A stretch of DNA of 64,000 bases. Source: Eledone cirrhosa (Eukaryota). A program made the translations under genes and the position numbers. The notes below the pieces were generated by a model. That model searched no databases. It worked only from the letters and a program-made list of their open reading frames with translations, and was not told where the DNA came from. The stretch is from NCBI GenBank assembly GCA_964016885.1, contig OZ024743.1, positions 224,936,001 through 225,000,000 of the forward strand, read 5' to 3'. Shown here in pieces: positions 12,626 through 23,213 of this stretch; the stretch's first letter is position 1; each line of letters begins with the position of its first letter.

Positions 12626-15525
12626 TCTGAAAATATTGAAGAGATAAGACACTTTGCCATTCTTCTCTGCTAAAATGTACCACTAGAGATGATTCAATTT
12701 TCCCAGCCAGCCATCCACCTAATCTACGAAGGTATTTTAGCCTACATATTGTCGTTAATATTATGATGTTCCCTGCTGTATTAGCGTTAAATTTTCCCTG
12801 CTGTATTAGCGATAAATTTTCGAGGGTTTCTCTTAGTAGCTTTTTCATGTCGTTAATATTATGATGTTCCCTGCTGTATTAGCGTTAAATTTTCCCTGCT
12901 GTATTAGCGATAAATTTTCGAGGGTTTCTCTTAGTAGCTTTTTCATGTCGTTAATATGATGTTCCCTGCTGTATTAGCGTTAAATTTTCCCTGCTGTATT
13001 AGCGATAAATTTTCGAGGGTTTCTCTTAGTAGCTTTTTTCATGACGTTATTATTGTTAATTTTACTGATGTAGTATTAACTTATTAACTTGGATATTTAC
13101 CATGCGGTATTCTAATCCTATTGTATCTCTCTCAGTTATTTACCATGTGACCCTCAGTTCCTACCCCCCCCCCCTCTATGCACTTCTTTAAGGCTTACTA
13201 CCCTGTCTTTAACCTAATTCATTCAATCTGAAAATATTGAAGAGATAAGACACTTTGCCATTCTTCTCTGCTAAAATGTACCACTAGAGATGATTCAATT
13301 TTCCCAGCCAGCCATCCACCTAATCTACGAAGGTATTTTAGCCTACATATTGTCGTTAATATTATGATGTTCCCTGCTGTATTAGCGTTAAATTTTCCCT
13401 GCTGTATTAGCGATAAATTTTCGAGGGTTTCTCTTAGTAGCTTTTTCATGTCGTTAATATTATGATGTTCCCTGCTGTATTAGCGTTAAATTTTCCCTGC
13501 TGTATTAGCGATAAATTTTCGAGGGTTTCTCTTAGTAGCTTTTTCATGTCGTTAATATGATGTTCCCTGCTGTATTAGCGTTAAATTTTCCCTGCTGTAT
13601 TAGCGATAAATTTTCGAGGGTTTCTCTTAGTAGCTTTTTTCATGACGTTATTATTGTTAATTTTACTGATGTAGTATTAACTTATTAACTTGGATATTTA
13701 CCATGCGGTATTCTAATCCTATTGTATCTCTCTCAGTTATTTACCATGTGACCCTCAGTTCCTACCCCCCCCCCCCCTCTATGCACTTCTTTAAGGCTTA
13801 CTACCCTGTCTTTAACCTAATTCATTCAATCTGAAAATATTGAAGAGATAAGACACTTTGCCATTCTTCTCTGCTAAAATGTACCACTAGAGATGATTCA
13901 ATTTTCCCAGCCAGCCATCCACCTAATCTACGAAGGTATTTTAGCCTACATATTGTCGTTAATATTATGATGTTCCCTGCTGTATTAGCGTTAAATTTTC
14001 CCTGCTGTATTAGCGATAAATTTTCGAGGGTTTCTCTTAGTAGCTTTTTCATGTCGTTAATATTATGATGTTCCCTGCTGTATTAGCGTTAAATTTTCCC
14101 TGCTGTATTAGCGATAAATTTTCGAGGGTTTCTCTTAGTAGCTTTTTCATGTCGTTAATATGATGTTCCCTGCTGTATTAGCGTTAAATTTTCCCTGCTG
14201 TATTAGCGATAAATTTTCGAGGGTTTCTCTTAGTAGCTTTTTTCATGACGTTATTATTGTTAATTTTACTGATGTAGTATTAACTTATTAACTTGGATAT
14301 TTACCATGCGGTATTCTAATCCTATTGTATCTCTCTCAGTTATTTACCATGTGACCCTCAGTTCCTACCCCCCCCCCCCCTCTATGCACTTCTTTAAGGC
14401 TTACTACCCTGTCTTTAACCTAATTCATTCAATCTGAAAATATTGAAGAGATAAGACACTTTGCCATTCTTCTCTGCTAAAATGTACCACTAGAGATGAT
14501 TCAATTTTCCCAGCCAGCCATCCACCTAATCTACGAAGGTATTTTAGCCTACATATTGTCGTTAATATTATGATGTTCCCTGCTGTATTAGCGTTAAATT
14601 TTCCCTGCTGTATTAGCGATAAATTTTCGAGGGTTTCTCTTAGTAGCTTTTTCATGTCGTTAATATTATGATGTTCCCTGCTGTATTAGCGTTAAATTTT
14701 CCCTGCTGTATTAGCGATAAATTTTCGAGGGTTTCTCTTAGTAGCTTTTTCATGTCGTTAATATGATGTTCCCTGCTGTATTAGCGTTAAATTTTCCCTG
14801 CTGTATTAGCGATAAATTTTCGAGGGTTTCTCTTAGTAGCTTTTTTCATGACGTTATTATTGTTAATTTTACTGATGTAGTATTAACTTATTAACTTGGA
14901 TATTTACCATGCGGTATTCTAATCCTATTGTATCTCTCTCAGTTATTTACCATGTGACCCTCAGTTCCTACCCCCCCCCCCCCTCTATGCACTTCTTTAA
15001 GGCTTACTACCCTGTCTTTAACCTAATTCATTCAATCTGAAAATATTGAAGAGATAAGACACTTTGCCATTCTTCTCTGCTAAAATGTACCACTAGAGAT
15101 GATTCAATTTTCCCAGCCAGCCATCCACCTAATCTACGAAGGTATTTTAGCCTACATATTGTCGTTAATATTATGATGTTCCCTGCTGTATTAGCGTTAA
15201 ATTTTCCCTGCTGTATTAGCGATAAATTTTCGAGGGTTTCTCTTAGTAGCTTTTTCATGTCGTTAATATTATGATGTTCCCTGCTGTATTAGCGTTAAAT
15301 TTTCCCTGCTGTATTAGCGATAAATTTTCGAGGGTTTCTCTTAGTAGCTTTTTCATGTCGTTAATATGATGTTCCCTGCTGTATTAGCGTTAAATTTTCC
15401 CTGCTGTATTAGCGATAAATTTTCGAGGGTTTCTCTTAGTAGCTTTTTTCATGACGTTATTATTGTTAATTTTACTGATGTAGTATTAACTTGGATATTT
15501 ACCATGCGACCCTCAGTTCCTACCT
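12626..15525 (+). repeat. Tandem array of five 601-603-bp units (last one partial), each with three ~86-bp subrepeats
   Basis: Units start at 12626, 13227, 13830, 14433 and 15036 (tctgaaaatattgaag). The only differences seen among units 1-4 are in poly-C length. Confidence 0.97.
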
Positions 15526-15767
15526 CACAATTTCCCTCCCCCCCACCCCCACACACCACCATAGTCTATTCGACCAATCAAACCTAGCATGCCATTTCCA
15601 CTGCTGCTGCTGCTACTACCTGCCTAACTAACTCTCTCCTCCTCTGGCGCATCCCAACACACCCTGCCATTACCCCACCACCACTGTCCTTCTAGCCCTC
15701 AATTTTCCCACCGTTAGGGATGGATGAGCTGGGAATACACGAGCAACTCTGAATCAATAGATGAAAT

Positions 15768-17159
15768 ATGAATCTGCGAGCTACCAAGCACCCACGTGAA
15801 GCGCCAACCCAGAGACCCTCCCCTACGAGCGTCGACAAATGCCCAAAACTCCGAGTTGGTACCATCAATGTAGGCTCAATGAAAGGAAGAGCAGGAGAAA
15901 TCGTAGAAATGCTAGAGCGAAAGGAAGTTGATGTATGCTGTGTGCAAGAGACTAGATGGAGAGGAGGGTCTGCTAGAGTCCTTGTAGGAAAAAGCCAGTG
16001 CTACAAATTTTTCTGGGTGGGAAATGACGATGGGATGGGTGGTGTAGGTATACTATTAGCTGACAAGTGGGTAGATAAAGTAATCTCAGTGTACAGGGTA
16101 AATGCAAGAATCATTAAACTCAGACTAGTCCTGAATAAGACAATTACCACAATAATATCAGCTTACGCACCCCAATCGGGGCTGCCAGACGAACTTAAGG
16201 ATAGGTTTTACGAGTCCCTAATACACACTACTGCTCTAACAGACGACAAGGACTTCCTAATCATTGCAGGAGATTTTAACGGACACGTAGGTAAACACTG
16301 CGACGGCTTCAATAGAGTACATGGAGGCCATGGAGTTGGCACAAGGAATGAGGAAGGATTCAGACTTCTAGAATTCTGCGACGCCAATGACATGTCGATA
16401 TGTAACACAAACTTTAAAAAACCCGACAACCACCTGATCACCTATAGATCAGGGGAGCACTCTAGTCAGTTAGATTTTATCCTCATCAGAGGACGTGACA
16501 GATGGACGGTCGTAAACACAAAAGCCTTCCCTAGTGAGGAATGTACATCCCAACATAGCTTAGTTGTCAGCGACCTCACGGTCAGAACTAGACGAGCCCT
16601 GAAACAGAGGCCAACCTGGAGAAGAAAGATCTGGAAGCTGAAAGTCCCCTCAACCAGTAACAGATTTAAAGATATTTTACTCAACGCCTACGACAGTAAA
16701 GAAGAACAGATAGAGACATTTAACGTAGAAGAGAACTGGGAGTTCCTAAAAAATAACTTACTAGAGGCGACGGATGAGGTTTGTGGCTGGAGTAAGACCT
16801 CAAGCAGGAGGAGAGTGACTTGGTGGTGGAACAATAAGGTAGATGAAGCAGTCAAGGCCAAGAGACAGGCATGGAAAGAATGGAAGAACGGGGGGAGCAG
16901 GGTACATTACATAGAGACCAAGAGGGAAGCTAGGCGACAAGTATACTTAGCTAGGAGGGAAGCAGAGGATAGAAAATTCAAGCATGTTTTACAACGTGAG
17001 GACCAGAAACAGGAGGTATTCAAGATTGCGAGGCAGTGTGTCAGAGATAGTTGTGATGTCATTGGAGAGAAGTGTATCCGGAATGATAAAGGTGAGCTTG
17101 CCCTCACAAGTGCTGAGAAGAAAGATGCATGGAAGAGTCATATTATGATAGATTACTAA
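15768..17159 (+). CDS. RTE ORF N-terminal half: AP endonuclease
   Basis: GTINVGSM, CVQETRW, SAYAPQ, GDFNGHVG, QLDFIL, SQHSLV. A 2-bp insertion near 17141 shifts the frame. Confidence 0.92.
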   Translation: MNLRATKHPREAPTQRPSPTSVDKCPKLRVGTINVGSMKGRAGEIVEMLERKEVDVCCVQETRWRGGSARVLVGKSQCYKFFWVGNDDGMGGVGILLADKWVDKVISVYRVNARIIKLRLVLNKTITTIISAYAPQSGLPDELKDRFYESLIHTTALTDDKDFLIIAGDFNGHVGKHCDGFNRVHGGHGVGTRNEEGFRLLEFCDANDMSICNTNFKKPDNHLITYRSGEHSSQLDFILIRGRDRWTVVNTKAFPSEECTSQHSLVVSDLTVRTRRALKQRPTWRRKIWKLKVPSTSNRFKDILLNAYDSKEEQIETFNVEENWEFLKNNLLEATDEVCGWSKTSSRRRVTWWWNNKVDEAVKAKRQAWKEWKNGGSRVHYIETKREARRQVYLARREAEDRKFKHVLQREDQKQEVFKIARQCVRDSCDVIGEKCIRNDKGELALTSAEKKDAWKSHIMIDY

Positions 17160-18889
17160 ATGAGGAGAATGCATGGGAAGAAGAGACCCTACCCCACGTA
17201 GACCCTATAGAGGGACCAGCAGTACAAGTCAGCGGCAGCGTAGTAAGTAAGGCAATCAGAGATATGAAGATAGGGAAGGCAACCGGTCCATCGGGTATAG
17301 CTGCCGAGATGCTGAAGGCATCTGGGTCTGTAGGTCACACTATAACCACACGTATCGTTAACCAGGTAATACTAGAGGGGGCCATACCAAAAGATTGGTG
17401 CAGTAGCATCATTGTCAACTGCTACAAAGGTAAAGGCGATGCACTAGATAGAGGAAACTATAGAGGTATAAAGTTGATGGACCAGGTCATGAAAGTAACA
17501 GAAAGAGTTATAGCACAGCTGATTAGGGACCGGGTGAATATAGACGAGATGCAATTTGGGTTTGTTCCAGGGAAAGGCACCACTGATGCGCTCTTCCTTG
17601 TGAGGCAATTACAGGAAAAGTACCTAGCTAAAAGTAAGCCACTCTACTTGGCATTTGTCGACCTTGAGAAAGCCTTTGACAGAGTTCCACGTGCAGTAAT
17701 CTGGTGGGCTCTTAGAAAACTAGGAGTAGATGAATGGCTTGTGAAAGCGGTACAAGCCATGTATAGGGGAGCAGTCAGCAAAGTTAGGATTGGCAATGAG
17801 TATAGCGAGGAATTTAGCGTACAGGTTGGGGTCCACCAGGGCTCTGTTCTTAGCCCTCTCCTGTTCATCATAGTCCTGCAGGCAATAACGGAGGAGTTTA
17901 AGACCGGATGCCCATGGGAACTCCTGTATGCTGATGACCTCGCACTCATAGCTGAATCTATGGTAGAACTAGAGAATAAATTCCAAACCTGGAAGCAGGG
18001 ACTAGAGAGAAAGGGCCTCAAAGTCAACATGACAAAGACTAAGGTCCTTATAAGTAGACGAGAAAACAGAACCCAGATCCCCTCAGGGAAATGGCCTTGC
18101 TCAGTATGTAGGAAAGGTGTAGGTAGGAACTCCATTCTTTGCCCCAAATGCAAACAATGGGTACACAAGAGATGTAGCGGGATCTCAGGAAGCTTAATTA
18201 AGAATGTAGGATTCACATGCAGCAGCTGTGCTGAAACAGCAAGCAAACAGCCACAGGAAACAAGTACCACCAATCTCTGGGAGGGCCCTGTAGAAACAGT
18301 AGACAGCTTCTGCTACCTAGGTGACCGAATTAGCAACGGAGGTGGGTGCTCAGAAAGTACAATAACTAGGGTAAGAACGGGATGGAAGAAGTTTAGGGAA
18401 CTACTACCACTGCTAGCTGCAAAAGGCTTCTCCCTCAGAATGAAAGGCAGACTGTATGATGCGTGTATCCGAACAGCGATGTTGCATGGTAGTGAGACCT
18501 GGGCGCTGAAGGTGGAAGACTTACGTAGATTAGAGAGAAACGAAGCCTGCATGCTCCGATGGATGTGTAACAGTAATATACGTGAACGACAAAGCATAAA
18601 TGAATTGAGAGAGAGACTGAGCATAAGAGGAATCAAATGCTGCGTGCAGGAGAGGCGGTTACGCTGGTATGGACATGTGATGCGTATGAAGGATGACAGC
18701 TGCATAAAAAGGTGCAGAGCACTAGAAGTTGATGGAAACCGCGGAGTGGGGAGACCCAAGATGACTTGGGATGAGGTGATAAAAGCCGACCTTACCCAAC
18801 TACACCTCTCAAAGTCAATGACACACGACCGTGACTTCTGGCGTCACGCAGTAATACAGGGTACCCGACCTCCCATGGGTACATGCTGA
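17129..18889 (+). CDS. RTE ORF C-terminal half: reverse transcriptase with PHD-like finger
   Basis: NYRGIKL, QFGF, DLEKAFD, QGSVLSP, YADD, GRPKMTW. Confidence 0.95.
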   Translation: MEESYYDRLLNEENAWEEETLPHVDPIEGPAVQVSGSVVSKAIRDMKIGKATGPSGIAAEMLKASGSVGHTITTRIVNQVILEGAIPKDWCSSIIVNCYKGKGDALDRGNYRGIKLMDQVMKVTERVIAQLIRDRVNIDEMQFGFVPGKGTTDALFLVRQLQEKYLAKSKPLYLAFVDLEKAFDRVPRAVIWWALRKLGVDEWLVKAVQAMYRGAVSKVRIGNEYSEEFSVQVGVHQGSVLSPLLFIIVLQAITEEFKTGCPWELLYADDLALIAESMVELENKFQTWKQGLERKGLKVNMTKTKVLISRRENRTQIPSGKWPCSVCRKGVGRNSILCPKCKQWVHKRCSGISGSLIKNVGFTCSSCAETASKQPQETSTTNLWEGPVETVDSFCYLGDRISNGGGCSESTITRVRTGWKKFRELLPLLAAKGFSLRMKGRLYDACIRTAMLHGSETWALKVEDLRRLERNEACMLRWMCNSNIRERQSINELRERLSIRGIKCCVQERRLRWYGHVMRMKDDSCIKRCRALEVDGNRGVGRPKMTWDEVIKADLTQLHLSKSMTHDRDFWRHAVIQGTRPPMGTC

Positions 18890-19264
18890 AGCATATAAAC
18901 AATATGCCCCCCCCCCCCCCACCGCAAGGTGGTCGTGGAGGTGCCACGGCAAAAAAGCACCCAGCCCACACTGTAAAGTGGACGTGTAGGCGCCACGAAA
19001 AAGCACCCAGCACTCACTGTAAATGAGGTTGGTGTTAGGAAGGGCATCCAGCTGTAGAAATCAAGCCAGATCAGTTCCTGTATGAGCAAGGCATGGTCAG
19101 CCGACCAGACACTGCCCACAACAGGACAACCCGTCTAACCCATGCTAGCGTGGAAGAACGGACGTAAAACGGTGATGATGATGATGATGATATATATATA
19201 CATATATATATATATGTATATATATATACATATATATACGTATATATATATGTATATATATATG

Positions 19265-19299
<35 letters not shown>

Positions 19300-19396
19300 G
19301 TATATATATATGTATATATATATGTATATATATATGTATATATATATGTATATATATATGTATATATATATGTATATATATATGTATATATATATG

Positions 19397-19427
<31 letters not shown>

Positions 19428-19464
19428 GTATATATATATGTATATATATATGTATATATATATG

Positions 19465-19513
<49 letters not shown>

Positions 19514-19526
19514 GTATATATATATG

Positions 19527-19606
<80 letters not shown>

Positions 19607-19608
19607 TA

Positions 19609-19737
19609 TAATATATAAGAACAAAAGATGGTTAAAAGAGTTCCATGTATTTTATTATGCGCATTTCAAACTGTAGAGTGCTTCTTATCCGATATCTGCA
19701 TTGCTTTATTGTACTACAATAAAACTCACTTCCTACA
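19609..19737. mobile_element. PLE-2 mini-insertion: inverted pLTR piece joined to the 3' extension
   Basis: 19609-19670 matches 9392-9454; 19667-19737 is the reverse complement of ~9304-9375; joined at CAAA microhomology. Confidence 0.8.
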
Positions 19738-19745
19738 TATATATG

Positions 19746-19779
<34 letters not shown>

Positions 19780-19817
19780 CATATTTATATATATACATAT
19801 ATATATATATACATATA

Positions 19818-19872
<55 letters not shown>

Positions 19873-19893
19873 ATATATACATATATATATGTA

Positions 19894-20031
<138 letters not shown>

Positions 20032-20080
20032 TATATGTATATATATACATATATATATGTATATATATACATGTATATAT

Positions 20081-20172
20081 ATAGATGAGATTCTACAGCA
20101 CTAGAACTGTTTGATTCTTTAGAAATCATCAGGAATCGAGAGATTCCTGATGATTTCTAAAGAATGAAACTG
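20081..20172. mobile_element. Hammerhead fold-back mini-element (family H4)
   Basis: Same sequence as 59562-59661. Minus-strand hammerhead with GAAA>CAAA, plus a truncated plus-strand copy. Confidence 0.7.
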
Positions 20173-20523
20173 TCACAGGAACGATGCACTAGTTTCAAGC
20201 TATTGTCAGCATCGTATGATAGCTAATAAGCTTGAAACTAGTACATCGTTCCTGTGTCAGTGTTGAACAAAAAGGTGACATGGTTGCCTAAACACTGTAC
20301 GGCGTAATTCAGGCTGTTTGTTTGTTTACAAACAAACAAACCGAGCATTATAATAAATCTTTGGTAAACCGATACGTGCATGTATATATGTGTGCATGTA
20401 TCTATATATATACATACTACTGTACGTCTGTATACATATATGTATATACGTGTACATACATACTTACATTTAAGTAAGTGCCGTACAAAGAATGAGAAGT
20501 GAAATTTCGTTTCATTCTATTCC
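20172..20523 (+). mobile_element. Hammerhead-family element H5 with inverted 5' segment
   Basis: Homologous to 30451-30725. 20174-20205 is inverted relative to 20229-20257. Confidence 0.7.
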
Positions 20524-20734
20524 ATATATATATACATAAGTATATATATACATATATACATATATACATATATATATACATACATATATACATATATATA
20601 CATACATATATACATATATATACATACATATATACATATATATACATGTATATATATATATACATATATACATATATATATACACATATATATATACATA
20701 TATACATATATATATACACATATATACATATATT

Positions 20735-20950
20735 TGACGATCGACTTTCGTCAAATCGGACCGAGGGAACAATGTTTCCGTTGGTCTTTCCAATTGCTAA
20801 TACTATCTATCGGTCGCAACTCCAGGTAGAAGGAACAACGTGAAATAAAGTGTCTTGCTCAAGGACATAACGCATCGCCTGGTCGAGGAATTGAACTCAC
20901 AACCTTACGCTTGCGAATCCAATTCTCTAACCACTCAGCCACACGCCTTC
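20735..20950 (-). mobile_element. tRNA/CORE-like SINE, diverged
   Basis: Minus strand has tggctgagtgg (A box), gagttcaattcc (B box) and ccttgagcaagacactttatttcac. Confidence 0.75.
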
Positions 20951-21182
20951 ATATACATATATATATACATATATTTATATAAATATATATATATATATGA
21001 TGGCTGCCCCCTCGTTATCGAGTATGGCCATAGCACGAGAAGAAAAAAAAAAAATAATAATAATAATAATAAATAAATAAAAATAAAATAAAATAAAAAA
21101 AATCAAAATATATATATATATATACATATACATACACACACTCACACACACATACATTAATAACAATAATAATAATAACAAC

Positions 21183-21214
<32 letters not shown>

Positions 21215-21293
21215 TAATAATATACATATACATATATATATACACACACACACGCACACACATAAGCATATCTACACACACACACGATAGCAA

Positions 21294-23213
21294 CTAACAG
21301 CGCTGCGATCGAATGTGGCTTTTTAGCCCAGCCAATGATCTAAAATGTCTTGCACAGAGTCGGCAACCAAAACATTCACTGGGAATAGTCGGCTGTGGTT
21401 GGAGTTTGTGTACTTTTGCATGTCGCTTGAGCCCTCCTGCTGATTTACATTCTCTACCACATGTTTGGCAAGCATGATGAGTAGCATCTCCAACAGCAGC
21501 CTGGTAGTCAACCACTGGTTTTACTTTGTGACTGCGAAGATGACTTTCGAGTCCAGCTTTGCTTAGGCAGAGTCTCGCACATACGCTGCATGTCAGCACC
21601 CTAGGAGGACCCTCGCCGTCTGGAAGTGTAACAGCAATGCCCTTCCTCACATCCCGCTTTACTTTCTCGTATGCGATTCGAGATGCCTCAAAGGCAACTT
21701 TTCCTTCATATACAGTCTTTCTCCATTTATTACGATCAGCAGCAATATTCTCCCATGTATCAGCAGAGATGTTAGCGTCTTTCAGAGAGGCTTTCAAGGA
21801 ATCCTTATACCTCTTTTTTGGTTTATGTGGCGGTCGTTTTCCTTTAACCAACTCTCCATAAAAGAGTTGTTTTGGTATTCTAGAATCCTTCATCCTGGCA
21901 AGGTGACCACTCCAACGGAGTCGTTGATTAAGCACAAGAGCTTCTATACTGTCACACATAGAGCTTTCCAAAATCTCGACAACACTGATGTGGTCCCTCC
22001 AGTGAATGCCATGGATCCGTCTGAGACACATCTGATGGAAACGCTCCAATTGCTTAAGGTGGTGTCGATATGTGACCCAGGTCTCGCAAGCATAAAGAAG
22101 ACAAGAGAGCACACATGCCCTGTACACCTTTACCTTTGTCCTCCTGCATATGTCTCGCCGACCCCAGAGTCGCCTTTCTAGCTTTCCGAAAGCATCACTT
22201 GCTTTCCTAATCCTAAGTGAGATTTCACCGTCAAGGTTGCTGTATCGATTGACAGTGCTTCCCAGGTAGACAAACTGATCAACCACTCCAAGTCGTTTGC
22301 CATACACATAGATGTTTGGTTCAGTGTACTGCTTACCAGGGGCAGGTTGGTACATGACGACGGTTTTCTTGAGACTGACAGTCAGACCTAGGGCAGTGCA
22401 AGCGTCAGAAAATGCATTCAAAATGTGCTGCATATCACTCTCTGTGTGCGCTACAAGATCGCAATCATCTGCATACAAGAGGTCTCTTATGATTGATGTA
22501 AATACTTTTGTCTTCGCAGCAAAGCGCCTGATGTTAAATATGCTGCCTGAGGTTCGATATCGGATGTAAACACCATGCTCGCAATTCCTGAATGCAATAC
22601 AGAAAACCATTGCAAAGTATATGGCAAACAGGGTCGGTGCTGGAATATCCCCCCGTTTCACTCCATTTTTTACTGAGATAGGCTCCGACATGTTACCCCC
22701 GACATTAACCCAAGCCTTCATGTCGTCATGGAAAGACCTAACTAAAGCAAGGAACTTATCAGGGCAACCAAGTTTCTGGAGAACCTTCCATAATGCATCT
22801 CTGTTAACAGTATCGAAAGCTTTTGTCAGATCGACAAAAACCTGACACAGATCCAAGCCTTGTTCCATGCACTTCTCCTGGAGCTGTCTAGCTGAGAAGA
22901 TCATATCAGTAGTGCCGCGTCCAGCACGAAAACCAGATTGACTTTCAGGAAGAACACAATCTGCAATGTGTGTCAGCAGACGGTCCAGAAGCACCCTACA
23001 TAAAACTTTCCCTACGACAGAAAGCAATGATATACCTCTGTAGTTCCCACAATCGTTCCTGTTACCCTTTCCCTTGTACAAGACCACCATTATTGCATCT
23101 CTCCAGTCCTCAGGTACGGATTCATTAGCCCATATCCTGCCAAACAAAGAGTGAAGATGCTGCAGGAGTCTCTCACCACCATATCGTAGGAGCTCAGCAT
23201 GTATGCCATCCAC
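21294..23213 (-). CDS. RTE-BovB RT with three C-terminal C2H2 zinc fingers
   Basis: NYRGISLL, PESQSGFR, DLTKAFD, LLYADD; CSVC..GLESHLRSH, CQTC..GLKRHAKVH, CRLC..GLKSH. Confidence 0.93.
   Translation of the reverse strand: MDGIHAELLRYGGERLLQHLHSLFGRIWANESVPEDWRDAIMVVLYKGKGNRNDCGNYRGISLLSVVGKVLCRVLLDRLLTHIADCVLPESQSGFRAGRGTTDMIFSARQLQEKCMEQGLDLCQVFVDLTKAFDTVNRDALWKVLQKLGCPDKFLALVRSFHDDMKAWVNVGGNMSEPISVKNGVKRGDIPAPTLFAIYFAMVFCIAFRNCEHGVYIRYRTSGSIFNIRRFAAKTKVFTSIIRDLLYADDCDLVAHTESDMQHILNAFSDACTALGLTVSLKKTVVMYQPAPGKQYTEPNIYVYGKRLGVVDQFVYLGSTVNRYSNLDGEISLRIRKASDAFGKLERRLWGRRDICRRTKVKVYRACVLSCLLYACETWVTYRHHLKQLERFHQMCLRRIHGIHWRDHISVVEILESSMCDSIEALVLNQRLRWSGHLARMKDSRIPKQLFYGELVKGKRPPHKPKKRYKDSLKASLKDANISADTWENIAADRNKWRKTVYEGKVAFEASRIAYEKVKRDVRKGIAVTLPDGEGPPRVLTCSVCARLCLSKAGLESHLRSHKVKPVVDYQAAVGDATHHACQTCGRECKSAGGLKRHAKVHKLQPQPTIPSECFGCRLCARHFRSLAGLKSHIRSQRC

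Larger units (their letters stand above)
12626..19190 (+). mobile_element. Near full-length RTE LINE family A
   Basis: Tandem 5' region, APE-RT ORF, 3'UTR and (ATG)n tail; both ends in (TA)n. Inclusion of the array is inferred from its contiguity with the ORF. Confidence 0.85.

Noticed and set aside
12626-15525. CRISPR-like array, or a repeated 76-aa ORF ([11 protein letters not shown]...)
   Set aside because: The sequences between repeats are identical rather than unique spacers, there are no cas genes, and the context is eukaryotic. The ORF recurs only because the unit does.
15530-15767. HDV-like ribozyme in the family A leader
   Set aside because: Could not build the nested double pseudoknot by eye.
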